Shown here piece after piece: positions 7,991-16,585 of a stretch of DNA of 55,573 nucleotides. A model generated the notes under the pieces. That model searched no databases. It was given only the letters and a program-made list of their open reading frames with translations, and had not been told where the DNA came from. The stretch is from a virus. Taxonomy: Duplodnaviria > Caudoviricetes. Location: the IMG/VR virus record IMGVR_UViG_3300036829_000239, positions 1 through 55,573 of that record; one strand, given 5' to 3'. Numbering within the stretch: position 1 is the first letter of the stretch; each line of letters opens with the position of its first letter. The position numbers were made by a program, and so were the translations under genes.

Positions 7991-8981
7991 CCACTTCCGG
8001 TGCACCCTCCAGGACACCGGCAGCCCGCTCACCGCAGCCGCGGCGCTGCTGCCCGACATCGGGGTGGCCATGCAGCGCGCCCCCGGGCTCAGGCTGCCCC
8101 GCTGGGGCGCGGTCCTGCACCACGACCGGCGGACGGTGGACGCGCTCCGCCCGGTGCCGGTCCTCGGCGGGGCGTGGGCAGCGCACTACGCGCAGGACGA
8201 GCTGACCCACCCTCCCGGTACCTACGGGCCGCCGGAGCGGGCAGGGCTGCCCCCCGGCGCGTGCATGGCCTACTCCGGCGGGCCGGACTCGTTCATCCTC
8301 TGGCGGCTGCTCGGCCAGCCCCGCGCCGTGTACCTCGACGTGGGCAACGCCGCCGCCGGCGAGGAGCAGCAGCGGATACGGCTGACGGAGGCCGCCTACG
8401 GCGGCGGGTTCACCGCCGTCCCCGGCGGCCCGCCGATGCCGGAACTGCCGACCGGGTGGATCCCGTACCGCAACCTCCGGCTGATCCTCGCCTGCGCCCA
8501 GTTCTCCCCCGACGTCGTCCTCGGCCGGATCGCCGAGTGGGGGCCGGACAAGAACCCCTCGTTCTTCCGCCGGACCGAACGGCTGCTGGCGTCCTCCCGC
8601 GGCGGCCGCTTCCAGGCCGCCGCCGACCTCCCGAGGGTGAGGATCCACACTCCCGCCGGCCACCTCACCAAGACGCAGCTCGTCCGCCGGTACCTGGACG
8701 AGTTCGGCGGCGGCGGCGCCGCGGGCAGGGAACGCGCGGTGCGCGACCTGACGGACCTCACCTGGTCCTGCTACGGCCCCGGCCCCCGCTTCTGCGGCAA
8801 ATGCGGCGGCTGCTGGTGCCGGCGGGTCGCGTTCGACGGCAACGGGATAGACGAGTCAGGCCGGTACGAGCAGACGCCGGTCCGCGGCGACTACTACAAA
8901 CGGCTGCACCCGGCCGACTTCCGGCCGTCGATGGTGCCGATGTACATCAAAAGGGCGAGGGAAATGCGGGGCACGGGATGA
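7977..8981 (+). CDS. queC: QueC-like 7-cyano-7-deazaguanine synthase
   Basis: YSGGPDS PP-loop, IPYRN, KTQLV, TWSCY...CGKCGGC zinc site. Confidence 0.9.
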   Translation: MKPRDHFRCTLQDTGSPLTAAAALLPDIGVAMQRAPGLRLPRWGAVLHHDRRTVDALRPVPVLGGAWAAHYAQDELTHPPGTYGPPERAGLPPGACMAYSGGPDSFILWRLLGQPRAVYLDVGNAAAGEEQQRIRLTEAAYGGGFTAVPGGPPMPELPTGWIPYRNLRLILACAQFSPDVVLGRIAEWGPDKNPSFFRRTERLLASSRGGRFQAAADLPRVRIHTPAGHLTKTQLVRRYLDEFGGGGAAGRERAVRDLTDLTWSCYGPGPRFCGKCGGCWCRRVAFDGNGIDESGRYEQTPVRGDYYKRLHPADFRPSMVPMYIKRAREMRGTG

Positions 8982-9391
8982 GCGACGAGAGCGGCTGGAC
9001 GATCTCCAAGACGTTCCGGTTCGACGCCAGCCACCAGCTTGCCGGGCTGCCGTCCGCGCACAAGTGCTCCCGGCTGCACGGCCACACCTACGCCGTGACG
9101 CTGACCCTGGCCGCCGCCGGGGTGAACGGCCCCGGCTTCGTCCTGGACTACGCGGACCTCGCCCCGTTCAAACGGTACGTAGACGAGCACCTCGACCACC
9201 GGCACCTCGGCTGCCAGCCGCTGTTCGACGCCGCCGGCAAGCCGGCGGCCGAGCCGGCGCTGAACTTCAACCCGACCGCCGAGCTGCTCGCCCGCCACCT
9301 CTGCGACGTCGCCGCCGGCTTCTTCGGCAGCCTCGTGCACTCGGTCGAGGTTAAGGAGACCGAGGCCACCTCGGCGGTCTGGTACCGGTGA
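8978..9391 (+). CDS. queD: QueD 6-carboxytetrahydropterin synthase
   Basis: FDASH, CSRLHGHTY, LDH, PTAE, VKETE. Confidence 0.95.
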   Translation: MSDESGWTISKTFRFDASHQLAGLPSAHKCSRLHGHTYAVTLTLAAAGVNGPGFVLDYADLAPFKRYVDEHLDHRHLGCQPLFDAAGKPAAEPALNFNPTAELLARHLCDVAAGFFGSLVHSVEVKETEATSAVWYR

Positions 9392-9542
9392 CGGCGGCCC
9401 GCCGCGGAGCCCGGACGGCAACGCTCCCACCTGCGGAAACGTCCGCCGGGCCGGCGCGGGTGTCACCGTACCCGGGACGGCCCCCGTCCCGGCAGAACGC
9501 GCCCCGGCCCCGGCGCGGGCCGGTTACGGAGAGTGAGGGGAA

Positions 9543-10340
9543 ATGGCTGTGCCAGGCACGGTGAAATATGAGAAAGACGGCTCCCGCCAGGCCGGGAACA
9601 CCCTCGTCGTCAACGAGGTCTACGGCCCCGTCTGGCAGGGCGAGGGGCCGTCCGCCGGCCAGTTCGCGTCGGTCGTCCGGCTGATGGGCTGCAACCTCGC
9701 CTGCCGGTGGCAGAAGCCGGACGGCACCGTGTCGGCCTGCGACGAGGCGCAGACCTGGGACGCCAGCCGGTACGACCTCCGCCGGCAGGCAAACCGGACG
9801 GAGACGGCGGAGATCGCCCGGCGGGCGCTGGCCTGCTTCCCGCACCTCGTCATCATCACCGGCGGCGAGCCGCTGCTGCACCAGCGGCAGCCCGGCTTCG
9901 GCGAGCTGGCCGGCCGCCTGCACCACGCCGGCGCCGCCGTCGAGGTCGAGACGAACGGCACGCAGGCACCCGCCGGCTGGTGGACGCCGCTCATCCGCCG
10001 GTGGAACGTCTCCCCCAAGCTGTCCTCCTCCGGCACCGGCCACCTCACCGCCGCGAACCCGGCCGCGCTGGAGTGGTTCGCCGGCGACCGGCGGGCGGTA
10101 TTCAAATTCGTGTGCACGAGCTGCGCCGACGTGGACGAGGTCGCCGGGGTGTGGATGCCGCGGTACGGCCTGCCGCCGGCGCGGGTGTGGATCATGCCGG
10201 CCGGCACCGCCGCCGCCGGGATCCTGGACACCGCCCGGGACATCGCCCCGTCCGTCCTGCACTACCGGCTCAACCTCACCCTCCGCCAGCACGTCCTCGT
10301 CTACGACGCCACCGGGGAGCCCCGTGACAGACGGACCTGA
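9543..10340 (+). CDS. queE: QueE radical-SAM CDG synthase
   Basis: QGEG, VRLMGCNLAC...CD, ITGGEPLL, ETNGT, VSPK. Confidence 0.95.
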   Translation: MAVPGTVKYEKDGSRQAGNTLVVNEVYGPVWQGEGPSAGQFASVVRLMGCNLACRWQKPDGTVSACDEAQTWDASRYDLRRQANRTETAEIARRALACFPHLVIITGGEPLLHQRQPGFGELAGRLHHAGAAVEVETNGTQAPAGWWTPLIRRWNVSPKLSSSGTGHLTAANPAALEWFAGDRRAVFKFVCTSCADVDEVAGVWMPRYGLPPARVWIMPAGTAAAGILDTARDIAPSVLHYRLNLTLRQHVLVYDATGEPRDRRT

Positions 10341-11889
10341 CCTGCCGCGGGCCGAGCCGGCCGCCGCGCTGCTGCTGTCCCGCCTCGGCATCGACATCAC
10401 CGGGCAGGACACCGCCCGCACCCCGCACCGGTTCTGCGCCGCGCTCGCCGAACTCACCCGGCACCTCCGCGACCCGTTCGACGCCGCCGCCGTCCTCGCC
10501 CGCCAGTTCGACCCGCCGTCCGGGCACCCGCAGATCATCGTCCTCAAGGACATCCGCTTCACGAGCCTGTGCCTGCCCAGTAAGCAGCTCGTGGACGCCG
10601 TCGGCGGCCAGAAGCGCGCCAGCGCCGTCACGGCCGGAGACAAGCTGTGGACGCTACATGACGGCCGTGCCGTCCAGACCACGGTCTCCGCGATCCAGTC
10701 CCGCCCGGCCCGTGAACTAGTGACGGTGACAACTGAGTCCGGGACGTTCACCTGCACTCCCGATCACCCGTTCGCCACGCCCGGCGGATGGCTGGAGGCC
10801 AAGGACCTTTCCGGCCAGATGGTCGAGTGGACGGCGCCACGGCAATTGCGCCGCCGCCGGTATCAGCCGACCACCGGCTACGACTTCGGCTACACGGTCG
10901 GTGCGGTGACAAGTGACGGCTCGGTCTCCGCCCGCGCAATCAGCTTCGTAGTCAATGATTTCGATTTCACCAAGCGATTCGCGGCGGCATTCACGCGGTC
11001 ATTCGGGGTAGAGCCGGAGATCGAGCCGGTCAGCCGTCCCAGCGGCTACAGCGGCCTGGATGCTCCCGGCTACCGGGTCCGCATCGTCTCGTCGTACCTC
11101 GCGGACCTGTTCAGGCAGTATCTCGGCGGCGACGCCCATCACATGAGGCAGCGGTTTCCCCGCGTGGTGCTAGCTGACCTGGAGACCTTCCTCGGCTTCC
11201 TCGACGGCTACATCGACGGAGACGGCTACCGGCCCTCCGGCAACAACGGGCGCTGGTCACGGTACATCGTGTCCGGTAACGAGCCATTTCTCCGGGAACT
11301 GGCCGAGGTGACGCACAGCCGGTCGTTTGCCCGGCACCCGTCCGGCACCACCCGGCTCGGAGTCGCCGACTCGTGGGTCCGGAAGCACGGCTTCGTTCCC
11401 GAATCACATCGCACGGACCTGGTGGAAAGCAAGTGGACCCGCGTGCTGTCCGTCCTGAACCGTGCCGCCACGGGCGGCAGGCCATTCACCGTCTACTCGT
11501 TCACCTGCTCGCCGTATCCGACATTCCTGGTCGGCGGCCACCTGTCACATAACTGCGAGCACCACATCCTCCCCTTCACCGGCACCGCGACGGTGGGGTA
11601 CCTGCCGCAGCCGGGAGCGAGAGTCGCCGGCGTGTCCAAGCTCGCCCGCCTCGTCGAGGGCTTCGCCGGCCGGCCGCAGATGCAGGAACGCCTCGGCCAG
11701 CAGATCCTCGAAGCGCTCGAAGGCAACCTCGCCATCCAGGGCGCCGGCTGCGTGATCGACGCGGCGCACACCTGCCTCACCCTGCGCGGCCCCCGCTCCG
11801 CCTCCGCGCACATGATCACCTCCCACCTCACCGGCTGCTTCCTGGAAGCCCCCGTCCGGCAGGAGTTCCTCGCCCTCGCCCGGGAGTAG
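10324..11889 (+). CDS. folE: GTP cyclohydrolase I containing an intein
   Basis: TPHR, FTSL-[intein]-CEHHILPF, GVSKLARLV, QMQERL, HTCLTLRG; 193 aa after splicing. Confidence 0.95.
   Translation: MTDGPDLPRAEPAAALLLSRLGIDITGQDTARTPHRFCAALAELTRHLRDPFDAAAVLARQFDPPSGHPQIIVLKDIRFTSLCLPSKQLVDAVGGQKRASAVTAGDKLWTLHDGRAVQTTVSAIQSRPARELVTVTTESGTFTCTPDHPFATPGGWLEAKDLSGQMVEWTAPRQLRRRRYQPTTGYDFGYTVGAVTSDGSVSARAISFVVNDFDFTKRFAAAFTRSFGVEPEIEPVSRPSGYSGLDAPGYRVRIVSSYLADLFRQYLGGDAHHMRQRFPRVVLADLETFLGFLDGYIDGDGYRPSGNNGRWSRYIVSGNEPFLRELAEVTHSRSFARHPSGTTRLGVADSWVRKHGFVPESHRTDLVESKWTRVLSVLNRAATGGRPFTVYSFTCSPYPTFLVGGHLSHNCEHHILPFTGTATVGYLPQPGARVAGVSKLARLVEGFAGRPQMQERLGQQILEALEGNLAIQGAGCVIDAAHTCLTLRGPRSASAHMITSHLTGCFLEAPVRQEFLALARE
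10570..11553 (+). mobile_element. Intein (328 aa) with LAGLIDADG homing endonuclease
   Basis: Starts CLPSK, block B TPDHPF, GAVTSDG and GYIDGDG motifs, ends SHN before extein Cys. Confidence 0.93.
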
Positions 11890-11891
11890 GT

Positions 11892-11903
11892 TACATTTGT
11901 GTA
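11892..11903. promoter_or_regulatory. Operator-like motif copy 5 (TACATTTGTGTA)
   Basis: One mismatch to consensus; directly after folE stop, before an RBS. Confidence 0.6.
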
Positions 11904-11922
11904 CGAGAGAGAGGAGAACGAG

Positions 11923-12120
11923 GTGACTGACGCACAGCCGGAGCTACCCTCCCCGGTGGTGAAGCGGGCCCTCATCGACATCGAGCTGGCCGACGGCACC
12001 CGGCGCCGGTACGAGGTGGACAACGCCATCGGCCATATCCAGGTCGGCACCGGCTTCACCCGCACCATCGCCTTCATCTTCGATGAGCCGTCGATGGTCC
12101 GGGAGCCGCCCCGTGACTGA
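11923..12120 (+). CDS. Hypothetical protein
   Basis: GAGGAG RBS before GTG. Confidence 0.6.
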   Translation: MTDAQPELPSPVVKRALIDIELADGTRRRYEVDNAIGHIQVGTGFTRTIAFIFDEPSMVREPPRD

Positions 12121-12547
12121 GATGTGCCGGTCCTGCCACGCCGAGATCGACTGGGCCACCAGGGACCCGGGTGCGGCGAACAAGGACGGCTGGACAGGTG
12201 ACCGGCCGAAGAGCAACCCGGTAGACCACGACAGCGCAGACGACCCCAAAGGCAACCTGGCGGTCTGGCGGGACGAAGGCGGGGTGACGCTGGAGTGCGG
12301 CTGCTACCTGCGAGCCGCGGAGCTGCGCTCCGCGCCGCACGTAGTCCCCCCCACGGCAGGGGCCGGGGTGCTCTGCCCCACCTGTCACCTGGCGTCCGCC
12401 GTCAGGCAGGTCCACCCGAACACGGGCGCGCTGCACTACCGGTACCTGAAGAAAGGGGACGAGCTGCGCCCGGGAGAGCACCGGGGCAGGTCGCATTTTT
12501 CGAGCTGCCCGAACGCAAGGCAGCACAGGAACAGAGACAATGCCTGA
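12113..12547 (+). CDS. Cys/His-rich hypothetical protein
   Basis: CRSC...W, CPTC, SHFSSCP. Confidence 0.65.
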   Translation: MTEMCRSCHAEIDWATRDPGAANKDGWTGDRPKSNPVDHDSADDPKGNLAVWRDEGGVTLECGCYLRAAELRSAPHVVPPTAGAGVLCPTCHLASAVRQVHPNTGALHYRYLKKGDELRPGEHRGRSHFSSCPNARQHRNRDNA

Positions 12548-12571
12548 CACACACCCAGGGGACCGCTCCAC

Positions 12572-12973
12572 ATGACCTACGACGACAACGGCACCGCCAA
12601 AAAGCTCACCGCGGTAGACGACACCATCGTCACCTGCCGCGCCTGGGGACACGACTGGCCCAGCCGCAAGCTCCGCCCCGGCCGCAGGCTGCCCAGGGGA
12701 TTCGTCCCCCGCAGGCAGGTCGACGGCACCGTCCTCATCACCGAGACGTGCAACGGCTGCGGGAAGAAACGCTGGTACCTGACGGCGCCCGGCGGCGCCT
12801 TCGACCGCGACTCCGTACGCCGGTACGTCGACCCGCCCGGCTGGGTCGTCATCCACACCGACGACGACGTCTCCCGGCGGGACTTCCAGCACGAGGTGTT
12901 CCGCCGGGTGAACGAGGAGATCACCGCCGCCGCCGGCGCCGCACCCGAGGAGGAAGAGGAAGGCAATGCGTGA
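12572..12973 (+). CDS. Hypothetical metal-binding protein
   Basis: CRAWGHDW...CNGCG. Confidence 0.7.
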   Translation: MTYDDNGTAKKLTAVDDTIVTCRAWGHDWPSRKLRPGRRLPRGFVPRRQVDGTVLITETCNGCGKKRWYLTAPGGAFDRDSVRRYVDPPGWVVIHTDDDVSRRDFQHEVFRRVNEEITAAAGAAPEEEEEGNA

Positions 12974-13361
12974 AGTCGAAATCAAACTCTACGACGACCT
13001 GGACTACGCCGAGTCAGGCCGCAAGACGGAGGCCGCCGTCACCGTCACGGTCGGGCTGGACGGCACCTGGCGGCAGCTGGACCTGTCCCAGGAGCACGGC
13101 GAGCAGCTCGCCAAGCTGCTCCAGCCGTACCTGAACGCCGGGCACCCCCCGGACAGCCCTCCCGAGCCGCGCAGGAACAGCGGCACGCCGAAGGGCGGGA
13201 AGATCTCCCGGGAGTCGCTGGAGTGGGGCAAGGCAATCCGCGAGTTCGCGAAGGCGAACGGCTACTCCTACACCACCACCACCGGGAAGCTCTACTACTC
13301 GGTGAAGCTCCGCGAAGCCTACGCCAGGCACCTTGAAACCCAGGCCGGGAGGGAGCAGTAG
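12966..13361 (+). CDS. lsr2: Lsr2-family nucleoid-associated protein (variant)
   Basis: LYDDLD...GLDG...LDLS...LQPY oligomerisation domain; AIREFAKANGY...EAY C-terminal domain. Confidence 0.85.
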   Translation: MREVEIKLYDDLDYAESGRKTEAAVTVTVGLDGTWRQLDLSQEHGEQLAKLLQPYLNAGHPPDSPPEPRRNSGTPKGGKISRESLEWGKAIREFAKANGYSYTTTTGKLYYSVKLREAYARHLETQAGREQ

Positions 13362-13568
13362 ATGACCACGGGATGGACGCAGAACACCGGGAAGCTCCGC
13401 TGGGAGTACCGCGACGGTTACGGCACCCTGCTGATGGAAACCACCCAGTACGAGATCGACTTCGGCCCCGCCGTCACGGCCGGCGAGTGCACCCGGCGCG
13501 GCATCCCCCTGCCCCCGCCGCTGCAGCCCGCCTCCCGGACAGCCGGGCCCGGGGAGGAGAGACAGTGA
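13362..13568 (+). CDS. Hypothetical protein
   Basis: Abutting ORF with GGAGGGAG RBS. Confidence 0.55.
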   Translation: MTTGWTQNTGKLRWEYRDGYGTLLMETTQYEIDFGPAVTAGECTRRGIPLPPPLQPASRTAGPGEERQ

Positions 13569-13744
13569 CCAGCACCGAAGTCCGCCGCGACGGCCAGGTC
13601 AAAGCCGTGTTCGACAGCGGAGACGAGACCGACGACCACAACGCCGCCTTCAAATGGCTGCTGCAGCACCAGCCGCAGAGCGTGGACTGGGCCTGCCGGC
13701 ACGAAGGCTGGTCCATCGTCACGGTCCCCGGGGACCGGCCGTGA
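13565..13744 (+). CDS. Hypothetical protein
   Basis: GTGA coupling both sides. Confidence 0.6.
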   Translation: MTSTEVRRDGQVKAVFDSGDETDDHNAAFKWLLQHQPQSVDWACRHEGWSIVTVPGDRP

Positions 13745-14091
13745 GCGTGTCGTGGGAACACAACGACGGCACCCGCCAGTGGGAACTCACCCGCCGCGAG
13801 CCGGGCGCCGGCGCCGGCCGGGTCCTCGCCTGCGTGCTGGACGAGCTGCTCGGCGGCGTGGCACCCGGCGCGCTCCGGCAGGTCGCCGCCCGGCTGAAAG
13901 ACCGGGTCGGCTCCGTCCCGCCGCCGCTGGAGCCGTACGCGCCCCCCGCCCCCGGAACGGCAGGCCGCCCCCGGCAGGCCCCCGCAGGGGAGGAGGAATA
14001 CCGCACCAGGACCGGCCGGGTGCTGCGCGAGGCCGAGCTGGACGCGCTGGCCGGCGAGGCGGAGCACGGCTACGACCTGGAGAGCCCGTGA
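13741..14091 (+). CDS. Hypothetical protein
   Basis: GTGA coupling both sides. Confidence 0.6.
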   Translation: MSVSWEHNDGTRQWELTRREPGAGAGRVLACVLDELLGGVAPGALRQVAARLKDRVGSVPPPLEPYAPPAPGTAGRPRQAPAGEEEYRTRTGRVLREAELDALAGEAEHGYDLESP

Positions 14092-15029
14092 CGGAGCACC
14101 CGCTGCAGCCCCCCGGCTACCTCAACGCCGAGGGCCGCGCCATCTGGGCGGACTACCTCCGCGAGATCATGGCCGCCGGCACCGCCGTCCACGTCAACGG
14201 CTCCCGCCTGCTGGAACTGGTAACAGCAACACAGCGGCACAACCGGGCCGCCGCGCTCCTCGCGCAGACCGACATCCTCGTAGACCGCGACGGCACCCCG
14301 GCACCCAACCCCGCCCTCGCCGTCCAGGCGCAGGCCGCCTCCGCCATCGAACGGCTCCGGAAAGAGTTCGGGCTGACCCGCCGGCAGCTCCCCCCGCAAG
14401 CGACCCGGGCCCCGCACGCAACCCCGCAGAACGAGGGCCGCTGGTGCGGGCAGCACGGCCGGCGGGAGTGCACCAGCAGCCGGTCGCGGGGACGCGGGGA
14501 ATGCCACGGCCCGGCGGTCCTCGGCTTCCCCCGCTGCCGTCAGCATCTCGGGCTGCGACCGGAGACGTCGCCGGAGCACCTCGCGGCCGTCGAGCAGCGC
14601 GCGAACCCCCTCGCGGGCGAGCCGATGGACATCACGCCTTTGCAGGCGCTGATGTGGCGGGTCCGGGTGCTGGCCGGGGAGGTGGCCCGCCTCGACGCGG
14701 TGGTCGCCGCCGTGGCGGAGGAGGACCTGGTGTTCGGGGTGATCAGCGAGACGGAGGAGGAGGGAGACACCCCGGCCCGGCGGACCACCCGCGGCGCGCG
14801 GCTGTCCCAGTGGCTGGTCCTGCGGGAGTCGCGGGAGCGGATGCTGCACTCGGCGTGCGAGTCGGCGATCCGCGCCGGGGTGCAGGAGCAGGTGGTGGAC
14901 CTTTTGAAGCAGGAGGCGGCAACACTGCACCGTGTCCTGGTCGGCGCGCTCGGCAGGCTGGGCATCGAGCCGGACGACCCGCGGATCCCGGTGGTGCTGC
15001 CCGAGGTGATCAGGGAGCTGACGGCATGA
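14088..15029 (+). CDS. terS: Terminase small subunit-like protein (P27-like N-terminus plus Cys/His domain)
   Basis: PPGYLNAEGRAIW...NPALAVQAQAASAIERLRKEFGLT, then C..GEC..PAV.G..RCRQHLG. Confidence 0.65.
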   Translation: MTEHPLQPPGYLNAEGRAIWADYLREIMAAGTAVHVNGSRLLELVTATQRHNRAAALLAQTDILVDRDGTPAPNPALAVQAQAASAIERLRKEFGLTRRQLPPQATRAPHATPQNEGRWCGQHGRRECTSSRSRGRGECHGPAVLGFPRCRQHLGLRPETSPEHLAAVEQRANPLAGEPMDITPLQALMWRVRVLAGEVARLDAVVAAVAEEDLVFGVISETEEEGDTPARRTTRGARLSQWLVLRESRERMLHSACESAIRAGVQEQVVDLLKQEAATLHRVLVGALGRLGIEPDDPRIPVVLPEVIRELTA

Positions 15030-15238
15030 CCGAGACGGAATGCGCTGCCCGCTGCGGCTACTACAGCCACGGCCGGGACCTCGCCGACCATGAGCGGTAC
15101 GAGCACGCCGACTGCCCGCGCTGCGGGGCCAAGGCTCCCGCTGCGGACGAGTACGGCGAGGCGTACTCCGTCACCCACAGGCCGGACTGCCCGCGGCTCG
15201 CGCCCGGCCACAGGTACGAGGACGAGGAGGCCGGATGA
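15026..15238 (+). CDS. Small Cys/His-rich protein
   Basis: ATGA overlap; CPRC, HRPDC. Confidence 0.55.
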   Translation: MTETECAARCGYYSHGRDLADHERYEHADCPRCGAKAPAADEYGEAYSVTHRPDCPRLAPGHRYEDEEAG

Positions 15239-15412
15239 CCGGGGAGACGGCCGCGTGACCGGCGACGACCGCTGGGGGATCTGGATGACGACGGAGGAGA
15301 CACCGGCGGGTGACCGGGGCTACCGGTTCTGCTGCTGGCTGGACTCGTGGATGATCCCGATCCTGGCAGTGGCGATGATCACCGTCGTCCTCGTGGTCTG
15401 GGGGCTGACGGC

Positions 15413-15556
15413 GTGACGGGTCAGCAGCGGGAGATCATCCGCCGGTGCTGGCACGCCGGGTACGCGGACGAGGAGATCGCGGACCGGGCGCGGGTGACGA
15501 TGGCCGAGCTGGACATCTACCTGAACTGGTGGTGCGACCGGGGGTGCCCGGCGTGA
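15413..15556 (+). CDS. Small HTH-like protein
   Basis: AGYADEEIADRARVTMAEL. Confidence 0.5.
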   Translation: MTGQQREIIRRCWHAGYADEEIADRARVTMAELDIYLNWWCDRGCPA

Positions 15557-15765
15557 CCCGGCTGTGCGAGGCCAGGGACCGGGGCACCGGGCTGTGCCCG
15601 CAGGAGGCCGCCGGGTGGCTGGAAGGCGGATGCGTGCACGAGCACGTGGAGGGCGGGTGGCTGTGCGCGGCCCACGCCGCCAGCCGGCGCGTGCTGTGCA
15701 GGCAGTGCCTGGAAGGACCGCGGCCGCATGTATGCCCGCTGGTGACCGGGGAGACGGCCGCGTGA
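15553..15765 (+). CDS. Cys/His-rich protein, paralog 1
   Basis: CEAR...CVHEHV.GWLCAAHAA...CRQCLEGP.PH.CP shared with next gene. Confidence 0.7.
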   Translation: MTRLCEARDRGTGLCPQEAAGWLEGGCVHEHVEGGWLCAAHAASRRVLCRQCLEGPRPHVCPLVTGETAA

Positions 15766-16013
15766 CGCGGCGGTGCGAGGCCAGGCACCTGCTGGCGGGG
15801 CCGTGCGGCCAGGAGGCCGCCGGGCGGTTCGCGTCGGCGTGCGTGCACGAGCACGTGAAGGCCGGATGGCTGTGCGCGGCCCACGCCGCCATGCCGGGCA
15901 CCGCGGTCTGCCGCAGCTGCCTGGAAGGGCCGCAGCCGCATCAGTGCCCCGTGCAGATCACGGAGCTGACGGCGGCGGGCAGTGACACACGCGAGAGGAA
16001 CGGGAATGAGTGA
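15762..16013 (+). CDS. Cys/His-rich protein, paralog 2
   Basis: Tandem duplicate of previous gene. Confidence 0.7.
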   Translation: MTRRCEARHLLAGPCGQEAAGRFASACVHEHVKAGWLCAAHAAMPGTAVCRSCLEGPQPHQCPVQITELTAAGSDTRERNGNE

Positions 16014-16263
16014 CACGTACGCGCCGACGGGCCTTGAGGACGCCGTCATCGAGGCGCTGATGAACACCGACGACACGCTGCACCACGACCTGGTGGCGCT
16101 GGCGCGGCAGGTGCACGGCGGCGGCCTGAAGTACGGGTCGGACCGGGCGCTCGGCGAGGCGATCCGCGACGAGTACGGCGAGGCGGTCTGCGGCCTGCTG
16201 GCGGCGTCCGTGAACTGGGCCGTCGTCGGGCGCTGGTACCGCGAGGAGGCCGGGCGCCAGTGA
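16006..16263 (+). CDS. Hypothetical protein
   Basis: GAGGAA RBS, coupled ORF. Confidence 0.65.
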   Translation: MSDTYAPTGLEDAVIEALMNTDDTLHHDLVALARQVHGGGLKYGSDRALGEAIRDEYGEAVCGLLAASVNWAVVGRWYREEAGRQ

Positions 16264-16568
16264 CGGGCGGCGGGCGGCCGGACCCCGGGTACCGGCAGGA
16301 GGCGGAGCGGGTCGTGAACGGCGTGCTGGCCCGGCATCCGGCAGGCAGCGGCGGCCTGGCCGGGGAGGTGGTGGGCGCGCTGCGCGCGGCGGGGCTGCTC
16401 GTCCCCGCGCCGGAGACGGAAGCCGGGCAGACGGCGTTCGACATCGCCCGCGTCACCGCGCTCCGCGTGAAGGCCGGCCGGCCCGGCGGGTCGTGGGAGG
16501 AGGCGGCCGTGAACCTCGCGACCGCGTTCGAGCAGCTCACCCGGAAGATGGCCCGCGACCAGCGGTGA
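16260..16568 (+). CDS. Hypothetical protein
   Basis: GTGA coupling. Confidence 0.55.
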   Translation: MTGGGRPDPGYRQEAERVVNGVLARHPAGSGGLAGEVVGALRAAGLLVPAPETEAGQTAFDIARVTALRVKAGRPGGSWEEAAVNLATAFEQLTRKMARDQR

Positions 16569-16585
16569 CAGAGAGAGGGGAGCCG

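Noticed and set aside
9059-9068. GCACAAGTGC matches the operator core
   Set aside because: Inside queD, encodes conserved H-K-C and lacks the flanking consensus
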